DNA from: Bacteroidaceae bacterium | GTDB lineage: Bacteria > Bacteroidota > Bacteroidia > Bacteroidales > Bacteroidaceae | DNA length: 64,000 nt | Direction: 5' to 3' | NCBI GenBank assembly: GCA_017466325.1 | Contig: JAFTUK010000007.1 | Coordinates: 11,315 to 75,314, forward strand | Shown: one piece after another, positions 28,027-38,489 of the stretch | Position numbering within the stretch: position 1 is the first letter of the stretch | Layout: the number at the start of each line of letters is the position of its first letter | Made by a program: the position numbers and the translations under genes | The notes under the pieces: model-generated | Told to the model about the DNA's origin: nothing | Seen by the model: the letters and a program-made list of their open reading frames with translations, nothing else | Databases searched by the model: none

Positions 28027-28405
28027 TGGCTTTGGCCTGAAGAAAGCGGAGAGACTTTGCAGCAAAAAGGCTATAGATGCGCTCTTCACGGGAACTGACA
28101 GCAAATCCCTGTCGGCCTATCCCATACGCATCGTGTACAGATATACCGAGGAAGCGGGAATCCGCATCCTCGTTTCTGTTTCCAAGAAGCGCTTCCGACA
28201 TGCCGTGGACAGGAACAGGGCAAAACGCCAGATACGCGAGGCATACAGACTCAACAAGCACAGGCTTGATTACATAGCGCAGGCATCCCCTGGTATGGAC
28301 ATTGCATTCATCTGGCTGACCGACAGACACCAGCCGTCACAACTCGTTACAGCAAAGATAATATCCTTGCTGAATAAAATAGCACAATCAGCACCCACAC
28401 CATGA
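28019..28405 (+). CDS. rnpA: Ribonuclease P protein component
   Basis: 128 aa, basic. [26 protein letters not shown]. Confidence 0.8.
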   Translation: MDNGFGLKKAERLCSKKAIDALFTGTDSKSLSAYPIRIVYRYTEEAGIRILVSVSKKRFRHAVDRNRAKRQIREAYRLNKHRLDYIAQASPGMDIAFIWLTDRHQPSQLVTAKIISLLNKIAQSAPTP

Positions 28406-28632
28406 ACCCCATACTTAGGTTTCTGAGTCAAATACTGATTCTGCCCATACGGTTCTATCAGACATGCATATCGCCACTGACACCTCCGTCGTGCAGATTC
28501 ACACCCACATGCAGCCATTATGCTGTGGAAGCATTGCGAAAGCACGGCCCGTTCAAAGGCATGTACCTTGCCATCCGCAGGATACTGAGGTGCCATCCCT
28601 GGGGAGGACACGGTTACGACCCGGTACCGTGA
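28402..28632 (+). CDS. yidD: Membrane protein insertion efficiency factor YidD
   Basis: [39 protein letters not shown]. Confidence 0.85.
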   Translation: MNPILRFLSQILILPIRFYQTCISPLTPPSCRFTPTCSHYAVEALRKHGPFKGMYLAIRRILRCHPWGGHGYDPVP

Positions 28633-28674
28633 GAACGGAAAACGGAAATCTGAAAGGTGAAAACGGAAAACTTA
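28631..28674. repeat. GAAAACGGAAA-type dispersed repeat copy
   Basis: gagaacggaaaacggaaatctgaaaggtgaaaacggaaaactta lies directly after the yidD stop. Confidence 0.7.
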
Positions 28675-28728
28675 GAGCAATCGGGTTGACCAGACTAACA
28701 ATAAACAAACAAACAACACATACATAAA

Positions 28729-30240
28729 ATGGAATTCAACAAAATCACTGCTGCCGAGGCTGCTGCCCTCGTAGAGAACGGCCACACCATTGGCCTTAGT
28801 GGATTTACTCCTGCAGGTGCCCCCAAGTGCACTCCTGCAGAAATAGCGAAGAAGGCCGAAGCCGAGCATGCCGCCGGCCGTCCCTTCAAGATCAGCGTCA
28901 TCACAGGCGCCAGCACCGGACAGAGTTGCGACGGCGCCCTGGCAAATGCACAGGCCATCGACTTCCGCACACCCTACACCACAAATGCGGATTTCCGCAA
29001 GCGTGTGAACATGAACGAAATCAACTACCACGACCTGAACCTGAGCAATCTGGCCACACAGATGCGCCAAGGCTATCTTGGCGAGTTGGATTGGGGTATC
29101 ATCGAGGCATGTGCCATAGAGAAGGTTGGTTCCAAGGCCCATATCTACCTGACCGCCGCCGGTGGTATCAGCCCCACGGTGTGCCGCCTGGCCAAGCGTG
29201 GCATCATCGTGGAAATTAACGCTTTCCACTCCCCCAAGAGCAAAGGCATACACGACGTTTACGAGATAGAGGACCATCCCTTCCGCAAGCCCATCATGAT
29301 TACAAAGGCTTCCGACCGTATCGGCAAGCCATACATCGAGGTTGATGCCGACCGCATCGTAGGTGTCATAGAGTGCAACATCCCCGACGAGGCTCGCGGT
29401 TTCAAGGATGCCGACCCCATCACCAACCAGATTGGCCAGAACGTTGCCGACTTCCTGTTGGACAACATGCGCAAGGGTCTTATCCCCAAGAGTTTCCTGA
29501 ACCTGCAGAGCGGTGTGGGCAGCGGTGCCAATGCCGTCCTTGGTGCACTGGGCCAGTGCCCCGAGGTGCCCAACTTCAACATCTACACCGAAGTGCTTCA
29601 GGATGCTCCCGTACAACTCATGCGCGACGGCCGTGTGCTGAGCGCAAGTTCCTGTTCGCTGACCGTTACCAACGAGTGTCTGGAAGGTATCTACCGCGAC
29701 ATAGACTTCTTCAAGGACAAGTTGGTTCTGCGCCCCTCCGAGATAAGCAACTGCCCCGAGGTTATCGCCCGTATCGGCGTGTGCTCGCTGAACACGGCCA
29801 TAGAGTGCGACATCTACGGACACGTCAACAGCACCAAGATTTGCGGTACCAAGATGATGAACGGTATCGGCGGCAGTGCCGACTTTACCAACAATGCCTA
29901 CCTGAGCATCTTCACCTGCGGTTCTACCACCAAGGGCGGAGCAATCAGCAGCATAGTGCCTTTTGCCAGCCACATCGACCACACCAACCACTTCATCGAT
30001 GCTGTAATCACCGAATACGGTGTAGCCGACCTGCGCCGCAAGAGCGACATGCAGAAGGCTCAGGAACTCATCAAGGTGGCACATCCCGACTACCGTCCCA
30101 TGCTGCAGGATTACCTGCGTTTCGCACAGAAGAACGGCGGTCACACACAGCACTGCCTGTCTGCAGCCTTCGCCATGCACGACACCTTCCTCCGCACCGG
30201 CGACATGCGCAATACCGACCTGTCAGAGTACATCAAGTAA
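28729..30240 (+). CDS. Acetyl-CoA hydrolase/transferase family enzyme (succinyl-CoA:acetate CoA-transferase-like)
   Basis: 503 aa. GLSGFTPAG.., ..EVLQD.., ..NGIGGSADF. Confidence 0.85.
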   Translation: MEFNKITAAEAAALVENGHTIGLSGFTPAGAPKCTPAEIAKKAEAEHAAGRPFKISVITGASTGQSCDGALANAQAIDFRTPYTTNADFRKRVNMNEINYHDLNLSNLATQMRQGYLGELDWGIIEACAIEKVGSKAHIYLTAAGGISPTVCRLAKRGIIVEINAFHSPKSKGIHDVYEIEDHPFRKPIMITKASDRIGKPYIEVDADRIVGVIECNIPDEARGFKDADPITNQIGQNVADFLLDNMRKGLIPKSFLNLQSGVGSGANAVLGALGQCPEVPNFNIYTEVLQDAPVQLMRDGRVLSASSCSLTVTNECLEGIYRDIDFFKDKLVLRPSEISNCPEVIARIGVCSLNTAIECDIYGHVNSTKICGTKMMNGIGGSADFTNNAYLSIFTCGSTTKGGAISSIVPFASHIDHTNHFIDAVITEYGVADLRRKSDMQKAQELIKVAHPDYRPMLQDYLRFAQKNGGHTQHCLSAAFAMHDTFLRTGDMRNTDLSEYIK

Positions 30241-30275
30241 TACTACTCTCACCAAATTATTTATATCAATACGTG

Positions 30276-30305
30276 AAAATGGTGTGTCAGTTGGCACACC
30301 ATTTT
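30276..30305 (+). terminator. Hairpin terminator after the CoA-transferase gene
   Basis: aaaatggtgtg-tcagttgg-cacaccatttt forms a perfect 11-bp stem. Confidence 0.6.
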
Positions 30306-30403
30306 CGCGTTATTTATATCAAGCCGGGTTATCAAAAGCATTTATACAAGAAAACAAACAGTTAAACCCAAATCGGTCATTGACTGATTTGGATTAAAAT
30401 ATA

Positions 30404-30510
30404 CGTATATAAAAATGTACTCAATGCTCAGTACGAATAGATTTAATGTTTAGGATAATGCTACTGAATGTTAGGCACAATACTCCCTAATGCTGAATTT
30501 ATTTAATACA
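30404..30510 (+). repeat. Dispersed ~105-bp repeat, copy B
   Basis: Homologous to the reverse complement of 19455-19560. AATG(C/T)T submotifs recur about every 10-11 bp. Confidence 0.6.
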
Positions 30511-30653
30511 TACCGTTCTTTCTGATTATATTACCTATTCTTATGCACAAAACAACGGTATGTGAACTAATATCCGTCCTGCCCTAATCTCCGGTTCTCG
30601 CATTAGCAATGGAACAGACAATACAATAACAACCTTTTAACAGCATCGCCCCC

Positions 30654-31292
30654 CTACTCCACTCCGCAGAAACTGAACATCTGGCGGTATGCTTCGGCTT
30701 TCTTGGGCAAGGAAAGGGGATATGCGCGTGAAGAGGAGGGCAAGCGGTAGAGTACCATCTGCTGTCCGTCGGCATATAGGCCAGGAATGGGCACATACCG
30801 GCCCACTGAGGGCATTTCGGGTATGGAGAGGGACTGACATAGGGTGGCGGTGGCTTTCTCGCCTGTGGTGACGATTACACGGCAATGGGGAATACGGGAC
30901 AGGAGGGCGTGGATGTCGGTGGGAAGGACAACCTCCAGGAACTTGTCCGAGGCATTGTCCTTCAGGCGTCGCACGGCGGTGGAGGCGTCGTAGAAGCCTA
31001 TGCCCTTGTCCATCAAGAAGGGGATGATAAGGTCCAGGCGGAATGTCTTTGCCGCAGTGTCCACGAAATGGTCCTTATCACCAAAGAAAATGAGGCCCTC
31101 TATGCGCCAATGGTCGTTGATGAAGTTAGGATAGTAGAAGTCCATGCACCATCGCTTCCTCTGCGGAGGGAAGCTGCCCAGGAAGAGCACACGGCAGTTC
31201 TCGGGCAGAAAGGGGTGCAGAGGGTGGTACTCCACCCCATCGGTGGAGAGAGCAATGTGCTCGGGGTTGAGGAAGGAGGCGGAGATATTCAC
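30654..31292 (-). CDS. Uracil-DNA glycosylase superfamily protein (possibly the deoxyinosine/hypoxanthine glycosylase type)
   Basis: VLFLGSFPPQRKRWCMDFYYPNFINDHW is a UDG-superfamily N-terminal motif. Confidence 0.65.
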   Translation of the reverse strand: MNISASFLNPEHIALSTDGVEYHPLHPFLPENCRVLFLGSFPPQRKRWCMDFYYPNFINDHWRIEGLIFFGDKDHFVDTAAKTFRLDLIIPFLMDKGIGFYDASTAVRRLKDNASDKFLEVVLPTDIHALLSRIPHCRVIVTTGEKATATLCQSLSIPEMPSVGRYVPIPGLYADGQQMVLYRLPSSSRAYPLSLPKKAEAYRQMFSFCGVE

Positions 31293-31428
31293 TTCAGATA
31301 GAACCTATAGTTTTTACTTATTAGCTATTGGTGTCGGTTTTAATATATTTGCAACTTCCTACAGAGAAAGCCACGTGGAGATCGTGATCAAATCAAAACA
31401 GCGAGTACAAAGATACACAAATCTTTTG

Positions 31429-31500
31429 AGGTAGGTTCTATAAATTAGCATATCCTTTCATCGGGCCAAACAACTCAGAGCTAATTTACAGAACCTACCT
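31429..31500. repeat. 21-bp near-perfect inverted repeat
   Basis: aggtaggttctataaattagc, then 30 nt, then gctaatttacagaacctacct (1 mismatch). A partial third copy, atagaacctata, lies at 31298-31309. Confidence 0.7.
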
Positions 31501-31516
31501 TGAGAGTAACGCCACT

Positions 31517-32356
31517 TTACTCAATAGGAATCTGAATGATAGACAACCACTGTTCTGGGTCTTCCTGATTCCATACTCCGTCAATGTAGGAGGTACGAAG
31601 AGGCCCAGCAAGTTTGTAGCCTTGCTCTTCCATATAAGCAAAAGCTTCGGTGAATGACTCGTGGAAGCGTTCATAAGGACCAATATGTTTCATACATAGC
31701 GCCTTGGGCACAGCAGCAAAACGCTTGAATTGTATGATATCGTTGTCTGCGCCCATATCTTCCACCTGTTCGCAATACTCGATGTCAATGTCAGTGGGGC
31801 GATACTCTTTGTTGTGCTCAATGGTAAAGCAATAGCCTGGCTCTGTACATTTGCATCCGAGACGGTGCATTTCGGGGCCAATTGTCTCTACACACAGTTG
31901 TCCAAGAGCAGCGTAATTAGAAATCACTTCACGATGGCTTGCCACAATAATCTCGGGCAAGGCTTGAATACTAAATTTTTCCATTTTTTTGATCTGTTTT
32001 TGAGAGTCCACCCATTTAAGCAATTGACTACGTCGCTCCATCAGCAGTTGCAATTGTCGCTCTGTCTCCTCTATCTTTTGAGTCAGCTGGTCAATGCTTG
32101 GCATCTGCGCACCATCCTCTAATAGTTCTTTGATCTCTTCGAGCGTGAAACCTTGCCGTTGGAGTCCACGAATGGTGCCCAACCGCTGCATTTGCTCGAC
32201 GTTGTAATAACGATAGCCTGTCCACTCGTCTACTTCGCAGGGAAATAGCAACCCTTTTTGTTCGTAGTGGCGCAGAGTCTTAACTGTTACTTGCATCATC
32301 TTTGAGAACTCTCCGATTTTTAACTTTGTTGATTTACTCATAATCGTACGATTCAT
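31517..32356 (-). CDS. MerR-family regulator with a GyrI-like effector-binding domain
   Basis: IGEFSKMMQVTVKTLRHYEQKGLL plus a coiled-coil linker and a C-terminal GyrI-like half. Confidence 0.85.
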   Translation of the reverse strand: MNRTIMSKSTKLKIGEFSKMMQVTVKTLRHYEQKGLLFPCEVDEWTGYRYYNVEQMQRLGTIRGLQRQGFTLEEIKELLEDGAQMPSIDQLTQKIEETERQLQLLMERRSQLLKWVDSQKQIKKMEKFSIQALPEIIVASHREVISNYAALGQLCVETIGPEMHRLGCKCTEPGYCFTIEHNKEYRPTDIDIEYCEQVEDMGADNDIIQFKRFAAVPKALCMKHIGPYERFHESFTEAFAYMEEQGYKLAGPLRTSYIDGVWNQEDPEQWLSIIQIPIE

Positions 32357-32477
32357 TTGCTAGCGAGTGCAAAGTTAATATATGCCCTTAGGGACGAGTC
32401 AAGAGAATTTCGATTTTTTTTCAGGAAAAAGTAAAAAAAGACTAGGCATTAAGTCATATCAAGCGTAATAAAACAAA

Positions 32478-32512
32478 AATCCCGATGGCATGTGGGAGCA
32501 CCATCGGGATTA
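32478..32512 (-). terminator. Terminator of the frd/sdh operon
   Basis: On the minus strand, aatcccgatgg-(12 nt)-ccatcgggatt is followed by tttgtttt. Confidence 0.6.
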
Positions 32513-32560
32513 TCTTTGAGGTCCTTACATATATAAATATATATAAGGATGCGTGTCGGT

Positions 32561-33319
32561 TTAGTCGGCGAGCTTTGCCTTGATGAACTCGCGGTTGAGG
32601 CGGGCAATGTTGGCGATGGTCTCGCACTTGGGACAAACGGCCTCGCAGGCACGTGTGTTGGTACAGTTACCGAAGCCCAGTTCGTCCATCTTGGCAACCA
32701 TTGCCTTGGCACGGCGTGCAGCCTCTACCTTGCCCTGAGGCAGGAGAGCAAACTGGCTCACCTTGGATGAAACGAAGAGCATGGCAGAACCGTTCTTACA
32801 TGCTGCTACGCAGGCACCGCAACCGATGCAGCTGGCGCAATCCATTGCCTCGTCGGCATCGTCCTTGGGGATGAGGATGGCGTTGGCGTCCTGAGCCTGA
32901 CCTGTGCGGATGCTGGTGTAGCCACCTGCCTGCATGATCTTCTCGAATGCCATACGGTCCACCATACAGTCCTTGATGACGGGGAAGCCGGCAGAGCGCC
33001 AGGGCTCTACGGTGATAGTGTCGCCATCGTTGAACTTGCGCATGTAGAGCTGGCAAGTTGTAGCACCGCGCTCGGTCTTACCGTGGGGAGTACCGTTGAT
33101 ATAGAGTGAGCACATGCCGCAGATACCCTCACGGCAGTCATGATCGAACACGAAGGGCTCGTTGCCGGCGGCAATGAGTTCCTCGTTCATCATGTCGAGC
33201 ATCTCCAGGAATGAAGTATCGTCGGGGACGTTCTTCATCTCGTGCTTCTCAAAATGACCCTTATCCTTAGGACCATTCTGCTTCCAAAACTTTACAGTTA
33301 CTGATATATTCTTTGCCAT
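32561..33319 (-). CDS. frdB: Succinate dehydrogenase/fumarate reductase iron-sulfur subunit
   Basis: Cys clusters [20 protein letters not shown] and CEAVCPK. Confidence 0.9.
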   Translation of the reverse strand: MAKNISVTVKFWKQNGPKDKGHFEKHEMKNVPDDTSFLEMLDMMNEELIAAGNEPFVFDHDCREGICGMCSLYINGTPHGKTERGATTCQLYMRKFNDGDTITVEPWRSAGFPVIKDCMVDRMAFEKIMQAGGYTSIRTGQAQDANAILIPKDDADEAMDCASCIGCGACVAACKNGSAMLFVSSKVSQFALLPQGKVEAARRAKAMVAKMDELGFGNCTNTRACEAVCPKCETIANIARLNREFIKAKLAD

Positions 33320-33342
33320 AATAATCTTTGGGATTAAGGGGA

Positions 33343-35325
33343 TTAGTTCTTATAGTTACGCTGCTGAACCTTGATGTTCTCGTAGTGGAGAGGCTCCTTG
33401 ATGAGTTCGGGGGCAGAGTCGTCGTTCTTCTGGTACTCCCAGCAACCAACGTAGAAGAAGTTCTCGTCGTCGCGCTTTGCCTCGCCTTCCTCTGTCTGGT
33501 GCTCCTCGCGGAAGTGACCGCCGCAGCTCTCCTCACGATGGAGTGCGTCGTATGCAACGAGTTCGCCCATGAGGATGAAGTCGCGCAGGTGGATAGCCTT
33601 GTCCAACTCTACGTTCAAGCCTTCCTTGGTGCCGGGGATGAAGAGGTTCTCGTTGAACTCCTTGCGGATAGCCTTCAGGAGCTTCAAGCCTTCCTGCAGA
33701 CCTTCCTTGGTACGGCCCATGCCCACGTGTTCCCACATGATATGACCCAGTTCCTTGTGGATAGAGTCAACGGAGCGCTTACCCTTGATGTTCATCAGGC
33801 GGTCGATCTCGGCGTTAACGGCCTTCTCGGCAGCCTCGAACTCGGGCAGGTCGGTAGAGAGACGGCCCCAGAGGTTCTGGTCGGCCAGGTAGTTCTGTAT
33901 AGTATAAGGAAGAACGAAGTAACCGTCGGCCAGACCCTGCATGAGGGCAGAAGCACCCAGACGGTTGGCTCCGTGGTCGGAGAAGTTACACTCACCGATA
34001 GCGAACAGGCCGGGGATGGTGGTCTGCAGTTCGTAGTCAACCCAAACACCGCCCATGGTGTAGTGGATGGCGGGGAAGATCATCATGGGGTGATAGTACT
34101 CTACTCCGTTTACGGTCTTGGCGAGCTTGCCGGGGTTAACGTCGGTAATCTCCTCGTACATCTCGAAGAGGTTGCCATAGCGCTGGAGGATTTCCTTGAT
34201 GCCCAGACGCTGGATAGACTCTGAGAAGTCCAGGAATACGGCCAAACCTGTGTTGTTCACACCGAAGCCCTTGTCGCAACGCTCCTTGGCGGCACGTGAA
34301 GCCACGTCGCGGGGAACCAGGTTACCGAATGCGGGATAACGGCGCTCCAAGTAGTAGTCGCGGTCCTCCTCGGGAATCTCATAACCCTGCTTTGTGCCAG
34401 CCTGAAGTGCCTTGGCGTCCTCCAACTTCTTGGGAACCCAGATACGGCCGTCGTTACGCAGAGACTCTGACATAAGGGTCAGCTTTGACTGCTTGTCGCC
34501 GTGTACGGGGATACAGGTGGGGTGAATCTGTACGTATGAGGGGTTTGCCATCACAGCACCCTTGCGGTAGCACTGGATAGCGGCGGTGCAGTTACAGCCC
34601 ATAGCGTTGGTGCTGAGGAAGTATGCATTGCCATAACCACCGGTGGCGATAACCACGGCATTGGCGCTGAAGCGAACGAGCTTGCCGCTTACCAGGTCCT
34701 TGGCGATGATACCGCGGGCACGGCCGTCGACGATAACAACGTCCTCCATCTCGTAGCGGGTGTAGAGCTTAACCTTGCCGGTGTTTACCATGCGGCTCAG
34801 TGAAGAGTAGGCACCCAAGAGGAGCTGCTGGCCTGTCTGACCCTTGGCATAGAAAGTACGGCTTACCTGTGCACCACCGAAAGAACGGTTGGCCAGCATG
34901 CCGCCGTATTCGCGAGCGAAGGGAACACCCTGTGCCACGCACTGGTCGATGATGGCGTTGCTCACCTCTGCCAGACGGTAAACGTTGGCCTCGCGGGCAC
35001 GGTAGTCACCACCCTTTACGGTATCGTAGAACAGGCGGTAAACAGAGTCGCCGTCGTTCTGATAGTTCTTGGCTGCATTGATACCACCCTGTGCGGCGAT
35101 AGAGTGAGCACGACGGGGAGAGTCCTGGATGCAGAAGTTATATACGTTGAAACCCATCTCGGCCAGAGAAGCGGCGGCGCTGGCACCTGCCAGACCCGTA
35201 CCTACAACGATAACGTCGAGCTTGAGCTTATTCTTGGGGTTAACCAGACGCTGGTGAGCCTTATAGTTGGTCCATTTTTCAGCAATAGGTCCCTCGGGGA
35301 TTCTTGAATCTAAAGTCTTTGCCAT
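33343..35325 (-). CDS. frdA: Succinate dehydrogenase/fumarate reductase flavoprotein subunit
   Basis: [15 protein letters not shown]-binding fold. 660 aa. Confidence 0.95.
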   Translation of the reverse strand: MAKTLDSRIPEGPIAEKWTNYKAHQRLVNPKNKLKLDVIVVGTGLAGASAAASLAEMGFNVYNFCIQDSPRRAHSIAAQGGINAAKNYQNDGDSVYRLFYDTVKGGDYRAREANVYRLAEVSNAIIDQCVAQGVPFAREYGGMLANRSFGGAQVSRTFYAKGQTGQQLLLGAYSSLSRMVNTGKVKLYTRYEMEDVVIVDGRARGIIAKDLVSGKLVRFSANAVVIATGGYGNAYFLSTNAMGCNCTAAIQCYRKGAVMANPSYVQIHPTCIPVHGDKQSKLTLMSESLRNDGRIWVPKKLEDAKALQAGTKQGYEIPEEDRDYYLERRYPAFGNLVPRDVASRAAKERCDKGFGVNNTGLAVFLDFSESIQRLGIKEILQRYGNLFEMYEEITDVNPGKLAKTVNGVEYYHPMMIFPAIHYTMGGVWVDYELQTTIPGLFAIGECNFSDHGANRLGASALMQGLADGYFVLPYTIQNYLADQNLWGRLSTDLPEFEAAEKAVNAEIDRLMNIKGKRSVDSIHKELGHIMWEHVGMGRTKEGLQEGLKLLKAIRKEFNENLFIPGTKEGLNVELDKAIHLRDFILMGELVAYDALHREESCGGHFREEHQTEEGEAKRDDENFFYVGCWEYQKNDDSAPELIKEPLHYENIKVQQRNYKN

Positions 35326-35372
35326 GATTTTGGTAGATTATAGATTAATGGATTTAGTTTAATAGATAAAGA

Positions 35373-36101
35373 TTAGCAACCGATTGCATGGCAAGCGTTA
35401 GAGGCAACGCCAACAACCTCGTTGTAGTCGCAGGGACGGTAACCGAAGCAGAAGGCAACGGCAACGGCAACGAACATCAGGATGATGACGGTAGACACAA
35501 TGCAGCTGATGCAACGCCAGCGGTTGAACCAGATCTTACCGCTCCAACCCAAGGTCTGCATTGAACTCCACAAACCGTGGTTCAGGTGCATCCACAGGGC
35601 AGCAAGCCAAACGAGGTAGATGACGGTGTAGACGGGGCAAGAGAATGTCTCTGCAATCCAGTACACGCCATTGGTGGCCAGGTGATGGTCGCCGGCACAG
35701 GGAACCAACTCAACGAGCATCATCTTTGCCCAGAAGTTGTACAGGTGCAAGCCCATACCCAGGATGACAATGATACCCAGAACGAGCATGTTCTGGCTGC
35801 TCCACTCCACCTTCTTGGGAGTGTCTGTCACCTCATAACGGCTGTTGCCACGGGCACGACGGTTCTGGATTGTCAGCCAGAAAGCATACAGGAAGTGCAG
35901 AAGCACCAGACCTGCCAAACCGATGGTTGCGGCAACCGCATACCAATTAGCACCAAGGAAACCACAAATCATGTTGTAACCCTCGGCACTGATAAGAGCC
36001 ACTACGTTCATTGACGCATGGAACAGGAGGAAGAGAATGAGGGCAACGCCGGTTACCGACATAACCACCTTCCTACCGATTGATGAATTGATTAACCACA
36101 T
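35373..36101 (-). CDS. frdC: Succinate dehydrogenase/fumarate reductase cytochrome b subunit
   Basis: 242-aa polytopic membrane ORF heading the frdCAB-type operon. Confidence 0.75.
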   Translation of the reverse strand: MWLINSSIGRKVVMSVTGVALILFLLFHASMNVVALISAEGYNMICGFLGANWYAVAATIGLAGLVLLHFLYAFWLTIQNRRARGNSRYEVTDTPKKVEWSSQNMLVLGIIVILGMGLHLYNFWAKMMLVELVPCAGDHHLATNGVYWIAETFSCPVYTVIYLVWLAALWMHLNHGLWSSMQTLGWSGKIWFNRWRCISCIVSTVIILMFVAVAVAFCFGYRPCDYNEVVGVASNACHAIGC

Positions 36102-36236
36102 AGGATTTTGATTAAAGTTTTAAGTGTTTATTGTTTGATTGCTTTTCTCTGTCTGACACACCGAACCCTCGCCGTGGCATCGAAGCAGAGTGCACCCACG
36201 CACACGCATACCAAGATTTAGGTACGATAGACGCCA

Positions 36237-36244
36237 CAAATTTA
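36237..36244 (-). promoter_or_regulatory. Candidate Bacteroidetes -7 box (TAAATTTG) for the frd operon
   Basis: Matches the TAnnTTTG consensus on the minus strand. Confidence 0.35.
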
Positions 36245-36298
36245 AGGTTTTTTATTTATTTGTGCAACGCTTTTAAGAAAAAGTAGAAAGAATTTCCG

Positions 36299-36306
36299 TA
36301 CTTTTG
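36299..36306 (+). promoter_or_regulatory. Candidate -7 box (TACTTTTG) for mnmG
   Basis: TAnnTTTG match 25 nt upstream of the ATG. Confidence 0.4.
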
Positions 36307-36330
36307 CGAATGAAACAATAAGCAGAGAAG

Positions 36331-38208
36331 ATGGAATTCAATTACGACGTTGTTGTAATAGGCGCCGGGCATGCCGGTTGCGAGGCAGCGGCGGCCAGCG
36401 CAAGGCTGGGCGCCAGGACGTGCCTGGTGACCATGGACATGAACAAGATTGCGCAGATGTCGTGCAACCCTGCCATCGGCGGCATTGCCAAAGGGCAGAT
36501 AGTTCGCGAGATCGACGCCTTGGGAGGCCATACCGGCGAGGTTACCGACCGCAGCGCCATTCAGTTCAGGATGCTGAACCGTAGCAAGGGGCCTGCCATG
36601 TGGAGCCCCCGGGCACAGTGCGACAGGGCTAAGTTCATCTGGGAATGGAGAAAGATTCTGGAGAACACGGAGAACCTGAGCATCTGGCAGGACCAGGTGA
36701 GGGAACTGCTCGTGGACGAGGAGACAAAGCAGGTGACTGGCGTGAAGACCTACATGGACGTTACGCTCCGCGCCAAGGCCGTAATCCTGACCGCCGGCAC
36801 CTTCCTGAACGGCCTCATGCACATCGGCCGCACGAAACTGGAGGGCGGACGTTGTGCCGAACCTGCATCCAAGGAACTGACAGAGAGCATCATACGCCAT
36901 GGCATAAGGTGCGGACGCATGAAAACGGGCACTCCAGTGCGCATAGACGGGCGCTCGGTACATTTTGATGACATGGAGATGCAACCTGGCGATGCCGTGA
37001 CGCAGAACTTTTCCTTCATGGGCGAGGCGCGCCCCCTACCCCAACTGCCTTGCTGGATAACTTACACAAATACAGCAGTTCACGAGCGTTTAAGGGAGGG
37101 GCTCCCCGAGTCTCCCCTGTACAACGGACAGATACAGAGCATAGGTCCCAGATACTGTCCCAGCATAGAGACTAAACTGGTAACTTTTGCTGACAAGGAC
37201 CAGCACCAACTATTCCTCGAACCGGAGGGCGTGGACACGCAGGAGTACTACCTGAACGGTTTTTCTTCCTCTCTGCCCATAGAGGTGCAACTGGATGCCT
37301 TGCGCAAGATTCCGTGCTTCCGCGACGTGCAGGTGTACCGCCCTGGCTATGCCATAGAATACGACTTCTTCGACCCCACACAACTGTACCACACCTTGGA
37401 GTCAAAGGTGGTGGAGAACCTCTACTTTGCCGGACAGGTCAACGGCACCACCGGCTACGAGGAGGCGGCAGGACAGGGACTTATCGCCGGCATCAATGCG
37501 GCACTGAAACTCCAGGGCAAGGAGGAGTTCATCCTGCATCGCGACGAGGCCTACATAGGCGTGCTCATTGACGACCTTGTCACGAAGGGTGTGGACGAGC
37601 CCTACCGCATGTTCACCTCGCGTGCCGAGTACCGTATACTGCTTCGCCAGGACGATGCCGATGCACGCCTCACAGAGCGCAGTTACAACATAGGCCTTGC
37701 CACAGAGGAGCGCTACCAGAGGTGGATGGAGAAGAAGGAATGGATAGAGAAGATCAGCGAGTTCTGCCGCACCTTCTCCGTGAAGGCGGCATACATCAAC
37801 GACGCCCTCGAGCAGATGGGCACCATGCCCTTGCAGAAGGGATGCAAGTTGATGGACCTCATCACCCGACCGCAGGTTGGCTTCAACGCACTGGCAAAGC
37901 ATATCAATGCCCTGCGCCAACTGCTTGACTCCATCCCCGACAGACGCGAGGAGATAGTGGAGGCGGCAGAGATTCGCATCAAGTACAACGGCTACATCCG
38001 TCGCGAACGTGAGATTGCCGACAAGATGCTTCGCCTGGAGAACATCAAGATTCGCGGCAAGTTTGACTACGAAAGCCTCAAGTCGCTCTCCACCGAGGCA
38101 CGCCAGAAACTCATAAAGATTGACCCCGAAACATTGGCTCAGGCTTCGCGCATTCCCGGGGTGTCTCCCTCGGACATCAACGTGCTGCTGGTGCTGATGG
38201 GAAGATAG
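36331..38208 (+). CDS. mnmG: tRNA uridine 5-carboxymethylaminomethyl modification enzyme MnmG (GidA)
   Basis: YDVVVIGAGHAGCEAA. 625 aa with GidA-like sequence throughout. Confidence 0.95.
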   Translation: MEFNYDVVVIGAGHAGCEAAAASARLGARTCLVTMDMNKIAQMSCNPAIGGIAKGQIVREIDALGGHTGEVTDRSAIQFRMLNRSKGPAMWSPRAQCDRAKFIWEWRKILENTENLSIWQDQVRELLVDEETKQVTGVKTYMDVTLRAKAVILTAGTFLNGLMHIGRTKLEGGRCAEPASKELTESIIRHGIRCGRMKTGTPVRIDGRSVHFDDMEMQPGDAVTQNFSFMGEARPLPQLPCWITYTNTAVHERLREGLPESPLYNGQIQSIGPRYCPSIETKLVTFADKDQHQLFLEPEGVDTQEYYLNGFSSSLPIEVQLDALRKIPCFRDVQVYRPGYAIEYDFFDPTQLYHTLESKVVENLYFAGQVNGTTGYEEAAGQGLIAGINAALKLQGKEEFILHRDEAYIGVLIDDLVTKGVDEPYRMFTSRAEYRILLRQDDADARLTERSYNIGLATEERYQRWMEKKEWIEKISEFCRTFSVKAAYINDALEQMGTMPLQKGCKLMDLITRPQVGFNALAKHINALRQLLDSIPDRREEIVEAAEIRIKYNGYIRREREIADKMLRLENIKIRGKFDYESLKSLSTEARQKLIKIDPETLAQASRIPGVSPSDINVLLVLMGR

Positions 38209-38319
38209 GACCCGCCCCTAACCCAGTCCGCGCGTCGAACTGGGAAGTTCTCCCCTCACAAGGTACAGAAAGCACATTCAGTGCTTCCCCAAAGACCTTG
38301 TTCGCCACAAGGGAGGGGA
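38208..38319. repeat. GC-rich palindromic MITE-like element (GACCC..CCCCTCC-ACAAGGGAGGGG family)
   Basis: ggacccgcccctaaccc ... ttcgccacaagggagggga. The element starts within the mnmG stop codon. Confidence 0.65.
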
Positions 38320-38489
38320 ATATATACGCCCAAGTATGTGGCATAAGAGGGCAGATAATTCAAAGAACTTGGGGTTCTCGGATTACTCGGATTACTCAGA
38401 GTATTCAGATTACTCAGAAGCCCCCCCCAACAGACCTAATGTTTCACGTGAAACAATTACACGAAGACCACAATAGCATTATACTAAAT

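Noticed and set aside
24517-30180. Long ORFs antisense to metK, the LOG gene and the CoA-transferase gene (24517..25218, 25342..26163, 28672..30180 and others)
   Set aside because: They lie opposite genes with unambiguous family motifs. Their translations are Ala/Gly/Val/His-rich low-information sequence typical of stop-poor antisense frames in GC-rich coding DNA.
38298-38489. Upstream start for apt, giving a 240-aa protein
   Set aside because: The extra 64 residues are encoded by the MITE arm, the 9-bp tandem repeat and the C8 tract. Typical Apt length and the N-terminal motif fit the ATG at 38490.
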